Notes: generated by a model not told the origin, from the letters alone. A DNA stretch of 64,000 bases from Pontiella sp. (GCA_050290185.1 JBNKHE010000009.1:96001-160000); one strand, 5' to 3'. Positions 20,250 to 30,763 are shown, numbered from the stretch's first letter. A program made the numbers and translations.

Positions 20250-21182
20250 ATGGCCGACGTTGCCGCCATCACCGTTTCCGCACCCGGCAGCCTCATGTTG
20301 CTTGGAGAGCATGCCGTATTGCATGGCCATCGGGCTTTGGTGTGCGCGATCAACCGTCGCATAACCGTTCGTCTTTCCCCCTTGGAGGAGGATGAGGTGC
20401 AGATTGTTTCCGGGCTGGGAAACTATGAAAGCCCTCTGATGGAGTTGGTTGATCACCCGGCTCTCCGTTTCGTCATACAGGCCGTTCGGCAGCATGTCGA
20501 CCAGCTTCCCTCCGGGTTCGAATTGCGGATCGAATCCGAATTTTCAGCGGATATTGGCTTTGGTTCCTCTGCGGCGGTCACGGTGGCCACCCATGCCGCA
20601 ATTTTCAACTGGCTTCTCGGTGAGCCGCCGGAAAACGAACTGCTTTTCCACCAGGCATTGAAAACCGTTCATGCCGTCCAGGGCAGGGGATCGGGAGCCG
20701 ACCTAGCGGCCAGTGTATTCGGCGGGATCGTGAATTATACCACGGCGCCAACATTCCAGCCCATCGCGATTTCCATGCCGCTCAGCGCCGTGTATTGCGG
20801 CTATAAGACACCGACGCCAGAGGTGATTCTTAAGGTGGAACAGTTGCGGGCCGATAATGCGGACACGTATGAACGGATCTTTGCGGAGATGGATCGCGGT
20901 GCGGCGAATGCAATGGAATGTCTCCGCAATCACGATCTGCCCGGCTTCGGCAGGATTCTGAACCGCAACCAGCAACTGATGGATGAAATGGGAGTCAACA
21001 CACCGGAACTACAGGAAATCGTCGACGCTCTGCACGCCTGCCCGGATGTCTTCGGCGCGAAGATTTCCGGGTCGGGGATGGGGGATTGCGCTATCGGAAT
21101 CGGCTATGCCGACTTGAAGGATCTCGGCTATCCGGTCTACCATCTCGAAATTTCACCGAATGGATGCGAATACCATGACTGA
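20250..21182 (+). CDS. Second GHMP kinase, probable phosphomevalonate kinase
   Basis: SAPGSLMLLGEHAV, GFGSSAAVTVA, QGRGSGADLAAS..GG, KISGSG.GDC; position after mvk. Confidence 0.75.
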   Translation: MADVAAITVSAPGSLMLLGEHAVLHGHRALVCAINRRITVRLSPLEEDEVQIVSGLGNYESPLMELVDHPALRFVIQAVRQHVDQLPSGFELRIESEFSADIGFGSSAAVTVATHAAIFNWLLGEPPENELLFHQALKTVHAVQGRGSGADLAASVFGGIVNYTTAPTFQPIAISMPLSAVYCGYKTPTPEVILKVEQLRADNADTYERIFAEMDRGAANAMECLRNHDLPGFGRILNRNQQLMDEMGVNTPELQEIVDALHACPDVFGAKISGSGMGDCAIGIGYADLKDLGYPVYHLEISPNGCEYHD

Positions 21183-21984
21183 GCAAAGTCTGAAAGAGCG
21201 TTTCTACGTCGTCATCTTCGAAGCCGACACCCCCGCGGGAAAGCTGTTCGATGTCCTGTTGTTCATGGCGATCATAATCAGCGTTGCTCTGACCATGCTG
21301 CAGAGCGTCAATCCAATCCGGGCCAGTCATGGAACGCTTCTCTTCGCTTTGAACGCCGGTTTCACGGGACTGTTTACGATCGAGTATTCCCTGCGGCTGT
21401 GGTGTGCCAGGAACACGGTCCGCTACGCCCGCAGTTTTTTCGGCGTGGTCGATCTGCTGGCGGTCCTGCCGTACTATATCGGCCTGATGATTCCCGGCAC
21501 GCGTTTCCTTGATGTCGTCAAGGTGCTGCGGATGCTGCGGATCTTCCGGGTGCTGAAAATGACGCAGTACGTGGGGGATGCGGACCTGCTGATGAATGCG
21601 TTGGCCTCGAGCCGTCGCAAGATCGGCATATTCCTCGTGGCCGTCATGACCATTGTGGTGATTGTCGGTTCGCTGATGTATGTGATTGAAGGGGAGGAGC
21701 ATGGTTTTACCAGCATACCTTGTGCGGTGTACTGGGCCATTGTAACGCTCACCACGGTCGGTTACGGCGATATTTCGCCGCAGACACCGGTCGGCCAGTC
21801 GCTGGCGGCTTTGATCATGATTCTCGGCTACAGCATCATCGCGGTGCCCACCGGAATCATAACCGCCGAGCTGGGTCTGGAAACGGCCCAACGCAAAAAT
21901 AACCGAACATGCAGTGCCTGCGGGCATTCACAGCACGACATCGACGCTTTGTGTTGCAAGCAGTGCGGAACCAAGCTGGGCTAG
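21175..21984 (+). CDS. Voltage-gated potassium channel-like ion transporter
   Basis: S4-like LRMLRIFRVLK, pore TLTTVGYGD, C-terminal Cys pairs. Confidence 0.88.
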   Translation: MTEQSLKERFYVVIFEADTPAGKLFDVLLFMAIIISVALTMLQSVNPIRASHGTLLFALNAGFTGLFTIEYSLRLWCARNTVRYARSFFGVVDLLAVLPYYIGLMIPGTRFLDVVKVLRMLRIFRVLKMTQYVGDADLLMNALASSRRKIGIFLVAVMTIVVIVGSLMYVIEGEEHGFTSIPCAVYWAIVTLTTVGYGDISPQTPVGQSLAALIMILGYSIIAVPTGIITAELGLETAQRKNNRTCSACGHSQHDIDALCCKQCGTKLG

Positions 21985-22934
21985 GCCGTTTTTTGGATCC
22001 GGCGGCGCAACCGCCAGCCTTCCATCGAAAATGCAATGCGGTCGAGCAGCGGAGCGCACAGGTTGCCGAGCAGGACGGCGTAGACGATCGCTTCGGTATA
22101 GTAGGTGAAGTGCCGGATCAGCGCATTGCTCACCCCCATGATGATGCCGCATGCGATTTTCCCGCTCTTGCTCATCGGTGTGGAGACCGGGTCGGACACA
22201 ATAAAGACCGCGCTGAATACCGTGGCGGCGGACAAGAGATTGAAGAGCGGCGAGTTACCGCACAAGGTCGTCGTGATCGCGAAGGACAATAAAAAGGCGG
22301 CCGGCGCCCGCCACGCCACGATGCCTTTCCAGCAGAGTACGATGCCGATCAGCAGGAGAATGACGGGAAAAGTTTCGCCGGGGCTGCCAGGCACCATTTG
22401 AAAGAGATCCTCCCAGGTTCCTTCAATAGGTCCAAACAGGAGGGTGGACCAATCGAGGGCATAGCCTTCTCCGCGGTAGAGTTCCTGCGGCGTGGCAGCG
22501 GATACGACATCCACGGTTGGATTTCCCCACGAGACCATATCATTGCTGTATGCCATCATCAGGAAAAACCTGCCGGCCATGGCGGCGTTTAAGCGCAGCG
22601 TTCTTTTCCGGTTCGGCAACTTCACGAACCATACCGCGATGAGGATGGCGTAGAGCATGGGCAGGAACGGCATATGGGGGGGGGCGCTGGCGGCGAGGAG
22701 TGCGGCGGTCAACCCTGAGCTGATGCCATTGAAGCGGATCTGCCTTCGTACGACCATTGCATAGACACCTTCGGCCACCATGCCGAGCAGGGTGTAGCCG
22801 ATCATTTGAAACACGAAGGACGAATGGTAGAGGATGCTGTAGATCGTGGCGGGCACCAGCAATGCCGCGAATGCCCAGTAGGCCATGGCGGAGGAGCGCG
22901 CGCCGATGCGCAGGAAGGGGCTGGCTAAAGGCAT
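21981..22934 (-). CDS. rnfD: RnfD/NqrB-family membrane flavoprotein
   Basis: N.AMAGR, DVVSAATP (FMN-Thr-like), PG..GET, DPVSTP, YAVLLGN...PLLD; start at MPLASP overlaps the upstream stop. Confidence 0.8.
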   Translation of the reverse strand: MPLASPFLRIGARSSAMAYWAFAALLVPATIYSILYHSSFVFQMIGYTLLGMVAEGVYAMVVRRQIRFNGISSGLTAALLAASAPPHMPFLPMLYAILIAVWFVKLPNRKRTLRLNAAMAGRFFLMMAYSNDMVSWGNPTVDVVSAATPQELYRGEGYALDWSTLLFGPIEGTWEDLFQMVPGSPGETFPVILLLIGIVLCWKGIVAWRAPAAFLLSFAITTTLCGNSPLFNLLSAATVFSAVFIVSDPVSTPMSKSGKIACGIIMGVSNALIRHFTYYTEAIVYAVLLGNLCAPLLDRIAFSMEGWRLRRRIQKTA

Positions 22935-23953
22935 TTCTTTCCCTCCTTCAGCGTTTGGACGATGGGAATGTCCGATGGGCAGACGGCAGAACAAACGCCG
23001 CATAGGAAACATTCGGTCATTTGGGCGCGGAAGGCCTCTGACCGGGTGTTGTTTTTTGCGATGCGCTCAACCAATGAATAGGGATGCAGACCAAGCGGGC
23101 ACGACGTGTTGCAGGCCCCGCACCGTATGCAGGGCCGTTCATTCGATTCAGCCTCGGTCCGTTCCAGGATGATCAGCGACAGGGTGGTTTTTTTTACAGA
23201 ATCTCCCGGTTGAACTTCAGTGCCCATCATAAGCCCGGAGTCGGCAATAAGGTGCTTGGTTGCATCGAAGGGCAGTTTAAAGGCAGCAATGATATCTTGA
23301 ATGGGACGCCCGACCGGGACGATGATATTTCTATAAAACCGCACCGAAGGCATGGCCAGGGTCAGCGGCCGCTCGACAACCGGGACCCCGTCGATGATCG
23401 CCCGACCAATGGCGCGAAGCGATACAACGTTTTGAACGAGGTACCCCAGCTGGTAGGGGCGAATGCCTGGTGGCGGGATCTTTCCCTCGAGCTTCTTGAG
23501 AATCAGTTTTTCCGCTCCGGCGGGATAGCGGTTGGAGCAGGTAGTGATTTCAAAATCAGGATAGAGATCGCTGAGTATTGGAAGATGTTCCGGATGTCTC
23601 TGAACCGCGAGAATCACTCGTTTCGCGCCAACCGCCCTGGCGCTGGCCTTGGCGCCGGCAATGACCCATTCGTGGTGATGCAGCAGAATCGTCTGGTCGA
23701 TGGTAACGCCGGGTTCGCATTCAACGCCATTGATGACCAGCGTATGGGCCGCAGTGTTTGTGCGTATCTTGACCGAGGAGGGGAAACCACTGCCCCCCAT
23801 GCCGACCAATCCGATCTTATCGAGGAAAAGGGAGAAGGCTTCCGCATCGCTTGGTTCATAATCGGCGCAAGGTTGCTCCGGAGTGGCGAAGAGGATCTCC
23901 GGCGGATCAAAGTTCGGGAGTCCGGCCCAGTCGATTTTGATACGGCGGAGCAT
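22925..23953 (-). CDS. rnfC: Short RnfC-like NADH/FMN/[4Fe-4S] subunit
   Basis: GLVGMGGSGFP..VK, INGVECEP, YPAGAEK, LMMG, CIRCGAC...CP and CFLCGVC..VCPS; only 342 aa, with the N-terminal sandwich domain apparently missing. Confidence 0.8.
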   Translation of the reverse strand: MLRRIKIDWAGLPNFDPPEILFATPEQPCADYEPSDAEAFSLFLDKIGLVGMGGSGFPSSVKIRTNTAAHTLVINGVECEPGVTIDQTILLHHHEWVIAGAKASARAVGAKRVILAVQRHPEHLPILSDLYPDFEITTCSNRYPAGAEKLILKKLEGKIPPPGIRPYQLGYLVQNVVSLRAIGRAIIDGVPVVERPLTLAMPSVRFYRNIIVPVGRPIQDIIAAFKLPFDATKHLIADSGLMMGTEVQPGDSVKKTTLSLIILERTEAESNERPCIRCGACNTSCPLGLHPYSLVERIAKNNTRSEAFRAQMTECFLCGVCSAVCPSDIPIVQTLKEGKKCL

Positions 23954-23956
23954 GGT

Positions 23957-24466
23957 CTACGGCTTCTTGGGCCAATCGGGTTTGACGTCCATTTCAAGGG
24001 CGGTCCGGCGCGCCATGTAGTTCAGGTAGCCCGTGGTTTTGATGTGGTAACGGGTCGCCCCGCTCACGCAGTCTACCGCCGATTTTTCGGCATGCGGATC
24101 GAACGGTATATTCTTGAATTGCTTCAGGATGGATTGAACCTCCCTGCGGTCCTTCGGCTTTTTGATTTTTAAAATATCGGGGAACACCACTTCACGAAGT
24201 ACGAATCCGTTTTCCGTTTTGTCGACAATGACGATGCCGGTGATGGGCTTGAATGATTCTATCTCGCGCACGGCAATGCCTGTTTTCGGCATGCCGTCTT
24301 TATCGTATGCAATGTACATGCGCTCAATGGTACGCGAATAGGGATCGTCCGAAATCCTGACATCCAGACCTGCCGTGGCCTGTTCGATGACCGCGGCGGT
24401 TTCATCCGCATGGACTGCGGCGCACGCCGCCAGCAGAATGCAATATATGAATGTTCTAAATCGCAT
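23957..24466 (-). CDS. Exported FMN-binding-domain-like protein (RnfG/NqrC-like)
   Basis: Signal peptide; VDCVSGAT resembles the flavinylation motif (S/T)GAT; adjacent to rnfC/rnfD. Confidence 0.6.
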   Translation of the reverse strand: MRFRTFIYCILLAACAAVHADETAAVIEQATAGLDVRISDDPYSRTIERMYIAYDKDGMPKTGIAVREIESFKPITGIVIVDKTENGFVLREVVFPDILKIKKPKDRREVQSILKQFKNIPFDPHAEKSAVDCVSGATRYHIKTTGYLNYMARRTALEMDVKPDWPKKP

Positions 24467-24500
24467 GGTGATTCTCGTATGCCCGGTTGTAATGCAATAG

Positions 24501-24530
24501 GGAACCGTCCCGCTCGAACAGGACGGTTCC
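24501..24530 (-). terminator. Intra-operon hairpin after the porin gene
   Basis: ggaaccgtcc-N10-ggacggttcc perfect 10-bp stem. Confidence 0.5.
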
Positions 24531-24550
24531 GTGGTAAATAGTGGTGTATC

Positions 24551-25789
24551 CTACTGGAATATCCAGCCCATGCCGAGATTGAACTGGTTGTTTGGATCCG
24601 CTCCCGCCTCGTCGTAGCGGAACTGGTAGCCCGTTTTGAGGACAAACTGCTGGGTCAGCGGAACGTTCACGCCCACGGTCAGAACCGTGCGTTCGTTGTC
24701 TCCACTTTGGGCCGCATTGGAGGGAACCTGGTATTGCGTGTCGTATTTTTCGTAGCGCACAAACGGAATGACATCCGCCTCGGCCAGCTTGCCGCTCTTG
24801 CACAAGTCGGGCAGCACGCTCACCCCGCCTTCAAGATACCAACCCAGGATTTGGTCCGCTACATCCTGGCCGAATGCATTGTTGAGCGCTGCTGCATCGG
24901 AATTAAATCCCTGCGCCAGAACGCCTCGGCATTGAAAGCGAGAAAGATAGTACTCAAAATCGACACAATACATCCCGAAGTCGTTATCGATTCCATTTCC
25001 GCCGCCGCCATCGGCGTTGTCGGTGCCTCCGTAGTAACCGGACAGACCTAACCGAAGATCCTGATCGGCTTCGATCAGCGGATAGAAATCGATACGGCCG
25101 GTAAAGGCCGGATCACCCAATCCGCTGCGTTCTTCGGTGCGTCCGCCGCGGATGCCTTCTGCACCGTCGAACCCGGATCCATCAAGGCCTCCCACGACAT
25201 AGGCCTGATAGCTTAGCCAGCTGAAAGGGGAGCCAAACAGCCCCGCGCCTTCCGGAAACCAGGTGGTGGGGATAAGGTCATGGGTAAAGCTGGGCCGTTC
25301 CACGCCCAGAAACAGAGTCGGTTCATGATGCTGGTTGATGATGCCGATCGGCGCAAGCAGGCGCCCGACGCGAATGTTGACGGCGTCGTTCAGGAGGAAA
25401 TCAACATAGAGTTGCTCTATGGCGACTTCGCCGCCGGCCCCATCGGTTACGAATGCATGTTCGAGTTCGACCTCCGAGGTCAGTCGGATCCAATCGTTGA
25501 AGTCGTAGCCGGCATAGACCACCAATCGGTGGATGTCGAATACGCTGTTGCCATTCTCAACGAAGTTTCCGTGGATCTCTCCGTAGCCGCCCAGATGTAG
25601 CTTGTCGGCTGGCGCAACGGTACCGCCAAGATCCATTTGCTGGCCCTTGAGCGCTGCAATCTCCGCGTTGGCTTCAGCCATCTTCTTTTCGAGCACCTGG
25701 ATCCGGGCGTCATCGGCAGCGAATGCCGTTCCCGCCAACGCAACTGCGACAGCCACTGCACCAAGCGGTTTTATATTTACAAATATCAT
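24551..25789 (-). CDS. Outer-membrane beta-barrel porin (OprO/OprP-like fold)
   Basis: Signal peptide, coiled coil, LGGYGE, E.E.EH, HEPT.F.GVERP, alternating beta strands, C-terminal GMGWIF. Confidence 0.78.
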   Translation of the reverse strand: MIFVNIKPLGAVAVAVALAGTAFAADDARIQVLEKKMAEANAEIAALKGQQMDLGGTVAPADKLHLGGYGEIHGNFVENGNSVFDIHRLVVYAGYDFNDWIRLTSEVELEHAFVTDGAGGEVAIEQLYVDFLLNDAVNIRVGRLLAPIGIINQHHEPTLFLGVERPSFTHDLIPTTWFPEGAGLFGSPFSWLSYQAYVVGGLDGSGFDGAEGIRGGRTEERSGLGDPAFTGRIDFYPLIEADQDLRLGLSGYYGGTDNADGGGGNGIDNDFGMYCVDFEYYLSRFQCRGVLAQGFNSDAAALNNAFGQDVADQILGWYLEGGVSVLPDLCKSGKLAEADVIPFVRYEKYDTQYQVPSNAAQSGDNERTVLTVGVNVPLTQQFVLKTGYQFRYDEAGADPNNQFNLGMGWIFQ

Positions 25790-25840
25790 ATCCTCGATCT
25801 CCTTGTTTTATATTGTTCCACATGAAAAGCGCAGGATAAT

Positions 25841-25888
25841 TTAGTTGCTCCTAACAAAAGTCAATCCGATTGTTTAGATTTAATCTAA
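25841..25888. promoter_or_regulatory. Two metal-regulator-like palindromes upstream of the porin operon
   Basis: TTAGGAGCAACTAA on the minus strand at 25841-25854 (DtxR/MntR-like TTAGG-N4-NCTAA) and the perfect 7-1-7 TTAGATT-T-AATCTAA at 25874-25888. Confidence 0.55.
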
Positions 25889-25929
25889 TTTATGACGGGG
25901 TTTCGCTCGTAAAAACCGATGTATCAAGG

Positions 25930-25958
25930 TTGACGGGGTTTTGGGCGTTGGGTACTGT
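25930..25958 (+). promoter_or_regulatory. Sigma70-type promoter of gap
   Basis: TTGACG-N17-TACTGT about 60 bp upstream of the ATG at 26017. Confidence 0.6.
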
Positions 25959-25974
25959 TCCCGCTCATTTTTAA

Positions 25975-27012
<1,038 letters not shown>

Positions 27013-27036
27013 GTATCGATCGATACACTTCGATTC

Positions 27037-27068
27037 AAAAAGCGTCCCGTTTTCGGGGCGCTTTTTTT
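27037..27068 (+). terminator. Intrinsic terminator of gap
   Basis: aaaaagcgtcccg-tttt-cggggcgcttttttt. Confidence 0.85.
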
Positions 27069-27223
27069 GTCATCTTGCGGAAGTAAAAATCCGCAGGAAG
27101 CGATTTCCGATTAGGGCACCGGTCCGGCTTCGTAGTCGAAGCTATTGTTCATTTCTTGTTTTAAATCTTATTGTGTTTCGAGAAAATCTGTAATAAATTT
27201 TATGAATAAATGGAGAATTAAAA

Positions 27224-27853
27224 ATGAAATCATTCAGGTTGAATATAGGATATGTTTGCTCGGTTGCCTTGGTGTTCTCGGTTCTTTTGCCATGTTCGCA
27301 GGCAGATGTTGTACCGATCACCGTAGCGGGATCGGGACCGGGCGGCGATGCGAGCATAACCTTCCCTGAAATCGAGTTTACCTCCACCATCAATTCTTCA
27401 GCGCCATTTTTAGCGGTAGTGATTCAGGGGGCTTCCCAAAGGGGTTCGGGAGAAAGCTGGTATGCGGAAACCACTCAAACGCTCACGTTTTCCATCAATG
27501 GTGGGGGTTCGTATGCTTTTGACTCCGTGCTTGATGGAAACGACATACAGTATCCCGCTCTTTATACAACAGCTGATACAATCATTGGTTCGATTGCGGA
27601 ACCGTTGGCCATCAGCATAGGGGATAAGATCACCATCGCCGCCGGATCCTTGTCGCTGATTCAGGCGGAACCAAACTTTATCGCTCCAAGCTCAGGCAGT
27701 TATGAAGTTTCGTTGATCGATTTCAACGCGAACGGTGGAAGTGGCGGTGTCATGGCATCATTCGCAAGTGTCATTCCTGAACCGTCAACCAGCGTCTTGC
27801 TGGTTGCCGGGTTTTTGGCCATCCTTGGTATCAGAAACAGGTTCAGTATCTAA
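27224..27853 (+). CDS. PEP-CTERM sorting domain protein
   Basis: Signal peptide; C-terminal VIPEPSTSVLL followed by a TM helix and a basic tail; AT-richer than its neighbours. Confidence 0.85.
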   Translation: MKSFRLNIGYVCSVALVFSVLLPCSQADVVPITVAGSGPGGDASITFPEIEFTSTINSSAPFLAVVIQGASQRGSGESWYAETTQTLTFSINGGGSYAFDSVLDGNDIQYPALYTTADTIIGSIAEPLAISIGDKITIAAGSLSLIQAEPNFIAPSSGSYEVSLIDFNANGGSGGVMASFASVIPEPSTSVLLVAGFLAILGIRNRFSI

Positions 27854-27860
27854 AAGCCAT

Positions 27861-27981
27861 CTGGAACGACAACGCGTGGGCTACTCCTGCAAGGTGCTCG
27901 GCCTGATCAAAGTTGCCACTGGTTAGGTTCAGCTTGAAATCAGTGTTCGGAAAAGCGTCCCGTTCCGGGGCGCTTTTTTTT
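27861..27981 (+). pseudogene. Degenerate duplicate of the gap 3' end plus its terminator
   Basis: ctggaacgacaacgcgtgggctactcctgcaaggtgctcggcctgatcaaagtt aligns to 26946-27000 with a 1-nt deletion; terminator copy aaaagcgtcccgttccggggcgctttttttt at 27951-27981. Confidence 0.85.
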
Positions 27982-28089
27982 ATGGCAGCAGGGGCGGCCG
28001 GCCCAGGGAGTGCCACGGGAAAAACGCCGAGTTTGCCTCCCGTTGGTTGGCACTTGCATTGTTGGGCGGATCCCATGTATTTTTCCGGC

Positions 28090-29169
28090 ATGGAATCCAT
28101 CCAACAACTCAAGCGTCTGTTCACCGTGTCCGCCAAGCGCGGGCAAGTACCGGGAACGATGGTCTACACGGGTAAGCGCAAGGATGAGCCGTTGCGCATC
28201 ACCGTTATCGACTACAACGCCGACAACATATCCGAGAAGGCGGATGCCCGGATCGAGGATTGCGTGGCCTGCAAGGATTCCGGCACGGTTTCGTGGATCA
28301 ATATCGATGGACTCAATGACACTTCCGTCATCGAAAAGATCGGCGAAACGTTCGATATTCATCCGTTGGTGCTCGAGGATATCCTGCACACCACCCAGCG
28401 GCCCAAGCTCGAAGACCATGCCGACTATCTTTTCCTGGTGGTCCGCATGCTCTACATCCCTCCAGGTGCCGAGGAAATCCAGTCGGAGCAGCTGAGCTTC
28501 ATCCTGACCGAAAATTGCCTGTTCACCTTTCAGGAGCGGGCCGGCGACGTGTTTGATGAAGTCCGCGACCGTATCCGCCAAAACCACGGGCGCGTCCGCA
28601 AAATGGGGGCGGACTATCTGCTCTATGCGCTCATGGACGCCATCGTCGACAACTATTTCCTGATCATGGAAACCACCGGCGAGAAGATTGAGGATATCGA
28701 GCAGTCGATGATGGAAAACCCAAATTCACTTTTGCTGAACAAGCTCTACCGGATGAAGCGCGAGCTCCTCTACATCCGCAAGTCGACCTGGCCCCTGCGC
28801 GAAGCGGTCGGCGGGCTGGAGCGCGGGGAATCCACCCTGCTCAAGAAAAAAACCTCGGTCTATATCCGCGACCTCTATGACCATACCATCCAGGTTATCG
28901 ACACAGTCGAAACCTTCCGCGACATGCTCAGCGGCGTGCAGGATCTCTATCTCTCCAGCATGGGGCAGAAAACAAACCAGGTGATGCAGGTGCTCACCGT
29001 TATTGCCACGATATTCATCCCGCTCACCTTCGTGGCCGGCATTTACGGCATGAATTTCGAGTTCATGCCGGAGCTGCACTGGAAATACAGCTATCCCGTA
29101 ATCTGGCTGGCGATGATCCTGATTGCCGTCGGCATGCTCGCCTACTTCCGCCGGAAAAAGTGGTTTTAG
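28090..29169 (+). CDS. corA: Magnesium/cobalt transporter CorA
   Basis: PGT..YTG, WINIDG, IHPLVLEDI...QRPK, IYGMNF..MPEL.W; start taken at MESIQQ. Confidence 0.95.
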   Translation: MESIQQLKRLFTVSAKRGQVPGTMVYTGKRKDEPLRITVIDYNADNISEKADARIEDCVACKDSGTVSWINIDGLNDTSVIEKIGETFDIHPLVLEDILHTTQRPKLEDHADYLFLVVRMLYIPPGAEEIQSEQLSFILTENCLFTFQERAGDVFDEVRDRIRQNHGRVRKMGADYLLYALMDAIVDNYFLIMETTGEKIEDIEQSMMENPNSLLLNKLYRMKRELLYIRKSTWPLREAVGGLERGESTLLKKKTSVYIRDLYDHTIQVIDTVETFRDMLSGVQDLYLSSMGQKTNQVMQVLTVIATIFIPLTFVAGIYGMNFEFMPELHWKYSYPVIWLAMILIAVGMLAYFRRKKWF

Positions 29170-29307
29170 GTGCCGAGGTGGTAGTGCCCGTGGGCAGGCG
29201 GTGCAGGGCTGGCTCCTTGAGCCCGCCTCCGCGATCCTGGATCGCGGCTACATGGATCCTGTAGAATATTGCAGAAACCTTGGTGCTGTTCCTGCTAAGT
29301 TTGCCTC

Positions 29308-30291
29308 ATGCAGTTTATCAACGCGTCCATTTCAAGCCTCGGTGCATTTGCGCCCTATGTCTGCCTCATTCTCTTTCTTCTGGCGAGCCTGCTGGTGGTT
29401 TGGCGGTTGGAGGTGCTGTCGGGTCAGGGGGTGGAAGGCACGGTTCTCGGCACGATCTTCATGCCGTTCTGCTCGGGTATGGGCAACATCGTCTTTGCCG
29501 TGGTCATGGCTCGGAACGCAGGTAGCGGAGATGACGTGCTGATCAACTGCCTCTTCAACAACGTGACCAATCTGACGCTGCTCATCGGCGCACCGGTGCT
29601 GATCTGGAGCATGGCCAGCATTCCGCGCAAGAAAACCCAAGTAGCCTTGCGCGAGTTCCGGATGGGGCGGTTGTCGTTGGCGCTCAATCTGGTGGCCGCG
29701 CTTTTCTTTTCCTTCATCGTGTGGCTGTTGGCGGCCGATGGTGAATTGGCGCGAACCGACGGTGTAGTGCTACTGTCGCTCTTTATCTTCTGGCAGTGCT
29801 TCCACGTCTACGATGTCAAAAAGACCAATCTGCTCAAAAAGAAGAGCTATCCCAAAACCCTTCCGATCGACGTTGCTCTTCTGCTGGTCGGCGCCTTCGC
29901 GATCTTTGTCAGCACCGATTGGCTGGTGCAATGGTTCCAGTCATTCGAGAGCGATCATTTTCCGCCGCGTCTGTTGGGGTGGGCGAGTGGTGTGCTGATG
30001 GTGTTGCCAAATGCGCTACTGGCCTTTTACTACGGCGCCAAAAACCGCATGGACGTGGTCTATACCTCGCAATCGGGCGACGCCCATATCTGCATTCCGC
30101 TCTGCATCGGTTTGTTTGCTTCCATGCAGGCCATCCCGACCGGCGCGTTTTTGCAGCGGTCGCTTCTCATGCTTATGGGGCTATGCGCAGCGCATCTGCT
30201 GTTTGTAGTCGTGGTGGGGCGGCTGCCACGCCTGTTTGCCGCATTGTTCCTCGCGGCATTCGGCTATTTCCTGTGGGCGGGTCTGGCGTAG
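29308..30291 (+). CDS. Divergent Na+/Ca2+ antiporter-like integral membrane protein
   Basis: About 10 TM helices with two loosely repeated halves (PFCSGMGN..NNVTNL; MVLPNA). Confidence 0.5.
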   Translation: MQFINASISSLGAFAPYVCLILFLLASLLVVWRLEVLSGQGVEGTVLGTIFMPFCSGMGNIVFAVVMARNAGSGDDVLINCLFNNVTNLTLLIGAPVLIWSMASIPRKKTQVALREFRMGRLSLALNLVAALFFSFIVWLLAADGELARTDGVVLLSLFIFWQCFHVYDVKKTNLLKKKSYPKTLPIDVALLLVGAFAIFVSTDWLVQWFQSFESDHFPPRLLGWASGVLMVLPNALLAFYYGAKNRMDVVYTSQSGDAHICIPLCIGLFASMQAIPTGAFLQRSLLMLMGLCAAHLLFVVVVGRLPRLFAALFLAAFGYFLWAGLA

Positions 30292-30296
30292 CGTGC

Positions 30297-30346
30297 TGGA
30301 GGGTCGCAGGCCTCTGCGACCGGGCGGTTAGGCCACCACCCCTCCA
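30297..30346. repeat. REP-like element TGGAGGG...CCCTCCA with an internal hairpin
   Basis: tggagggtcgcaggcctctgcgacc...cccctcca; same termini as 5124-5175. Confidence 0.55.
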
Positions 30347-30763
30347 TCAGGAAATGGGATCCGAAATAAACGCTTCGACCAGCTCGGAAAAGTGGATCTG
30401 TGCCGTGGTCCATTTCGGGTTGCTGGTGATTTCCCCGGTGCTTTTGGCCGTGTTGTTGAACAGCACGAAAATATTTTCGCCGGCGCAGATATGGGCATCG
30501 AATCCGGAGCCATAGCCCTCGTGCGAGAAGGCAAAGTCGCCCACTTGCGTATTTGCGGGATCCAGCGTATTGCGCAGGGCGGCGAGATCGGCATTAAAGT
30601 TTTCCAGAAAGGCGTTTTTGCGGGTGCCGCCATATTCGATCAGCTTCCAGCCTGTAGTGGTTTTTTCTACCAGTGCCCATTCATTGAACACCGGTTCATC
30701 TACAACCCGTTCCATGCTGATCAATGCGGTTTCAATATGGTCTGCCACGGCTTCCTTGTTCAT
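30347..30763 (-). CDS. Hypothetical protein (138 aa)
   Basis: Clean ORF with an RBS-like AAGGGG upstream and protein-like composition; no family recognised. Confidence 0.7.
   Translation of the reverse strand: MNKEAVADHIETALISMERVVDEPVFNEWALVEKTTTGWKLIEYGGTRKNAFLENFNADLAALRNTLDPANTQVGDFAFSHEGYGSGFDAHICAGENIFVLFNNTAKSTGEITSNPKWTTAQIHFSELVEAFISDPIS

Noticed and set aside
27913..28089. Extended N-terminus of corA in the ORF track
   Set aside because: It runs through the duplicated terminator; CorA similarity starts near MESIQQ at 28090
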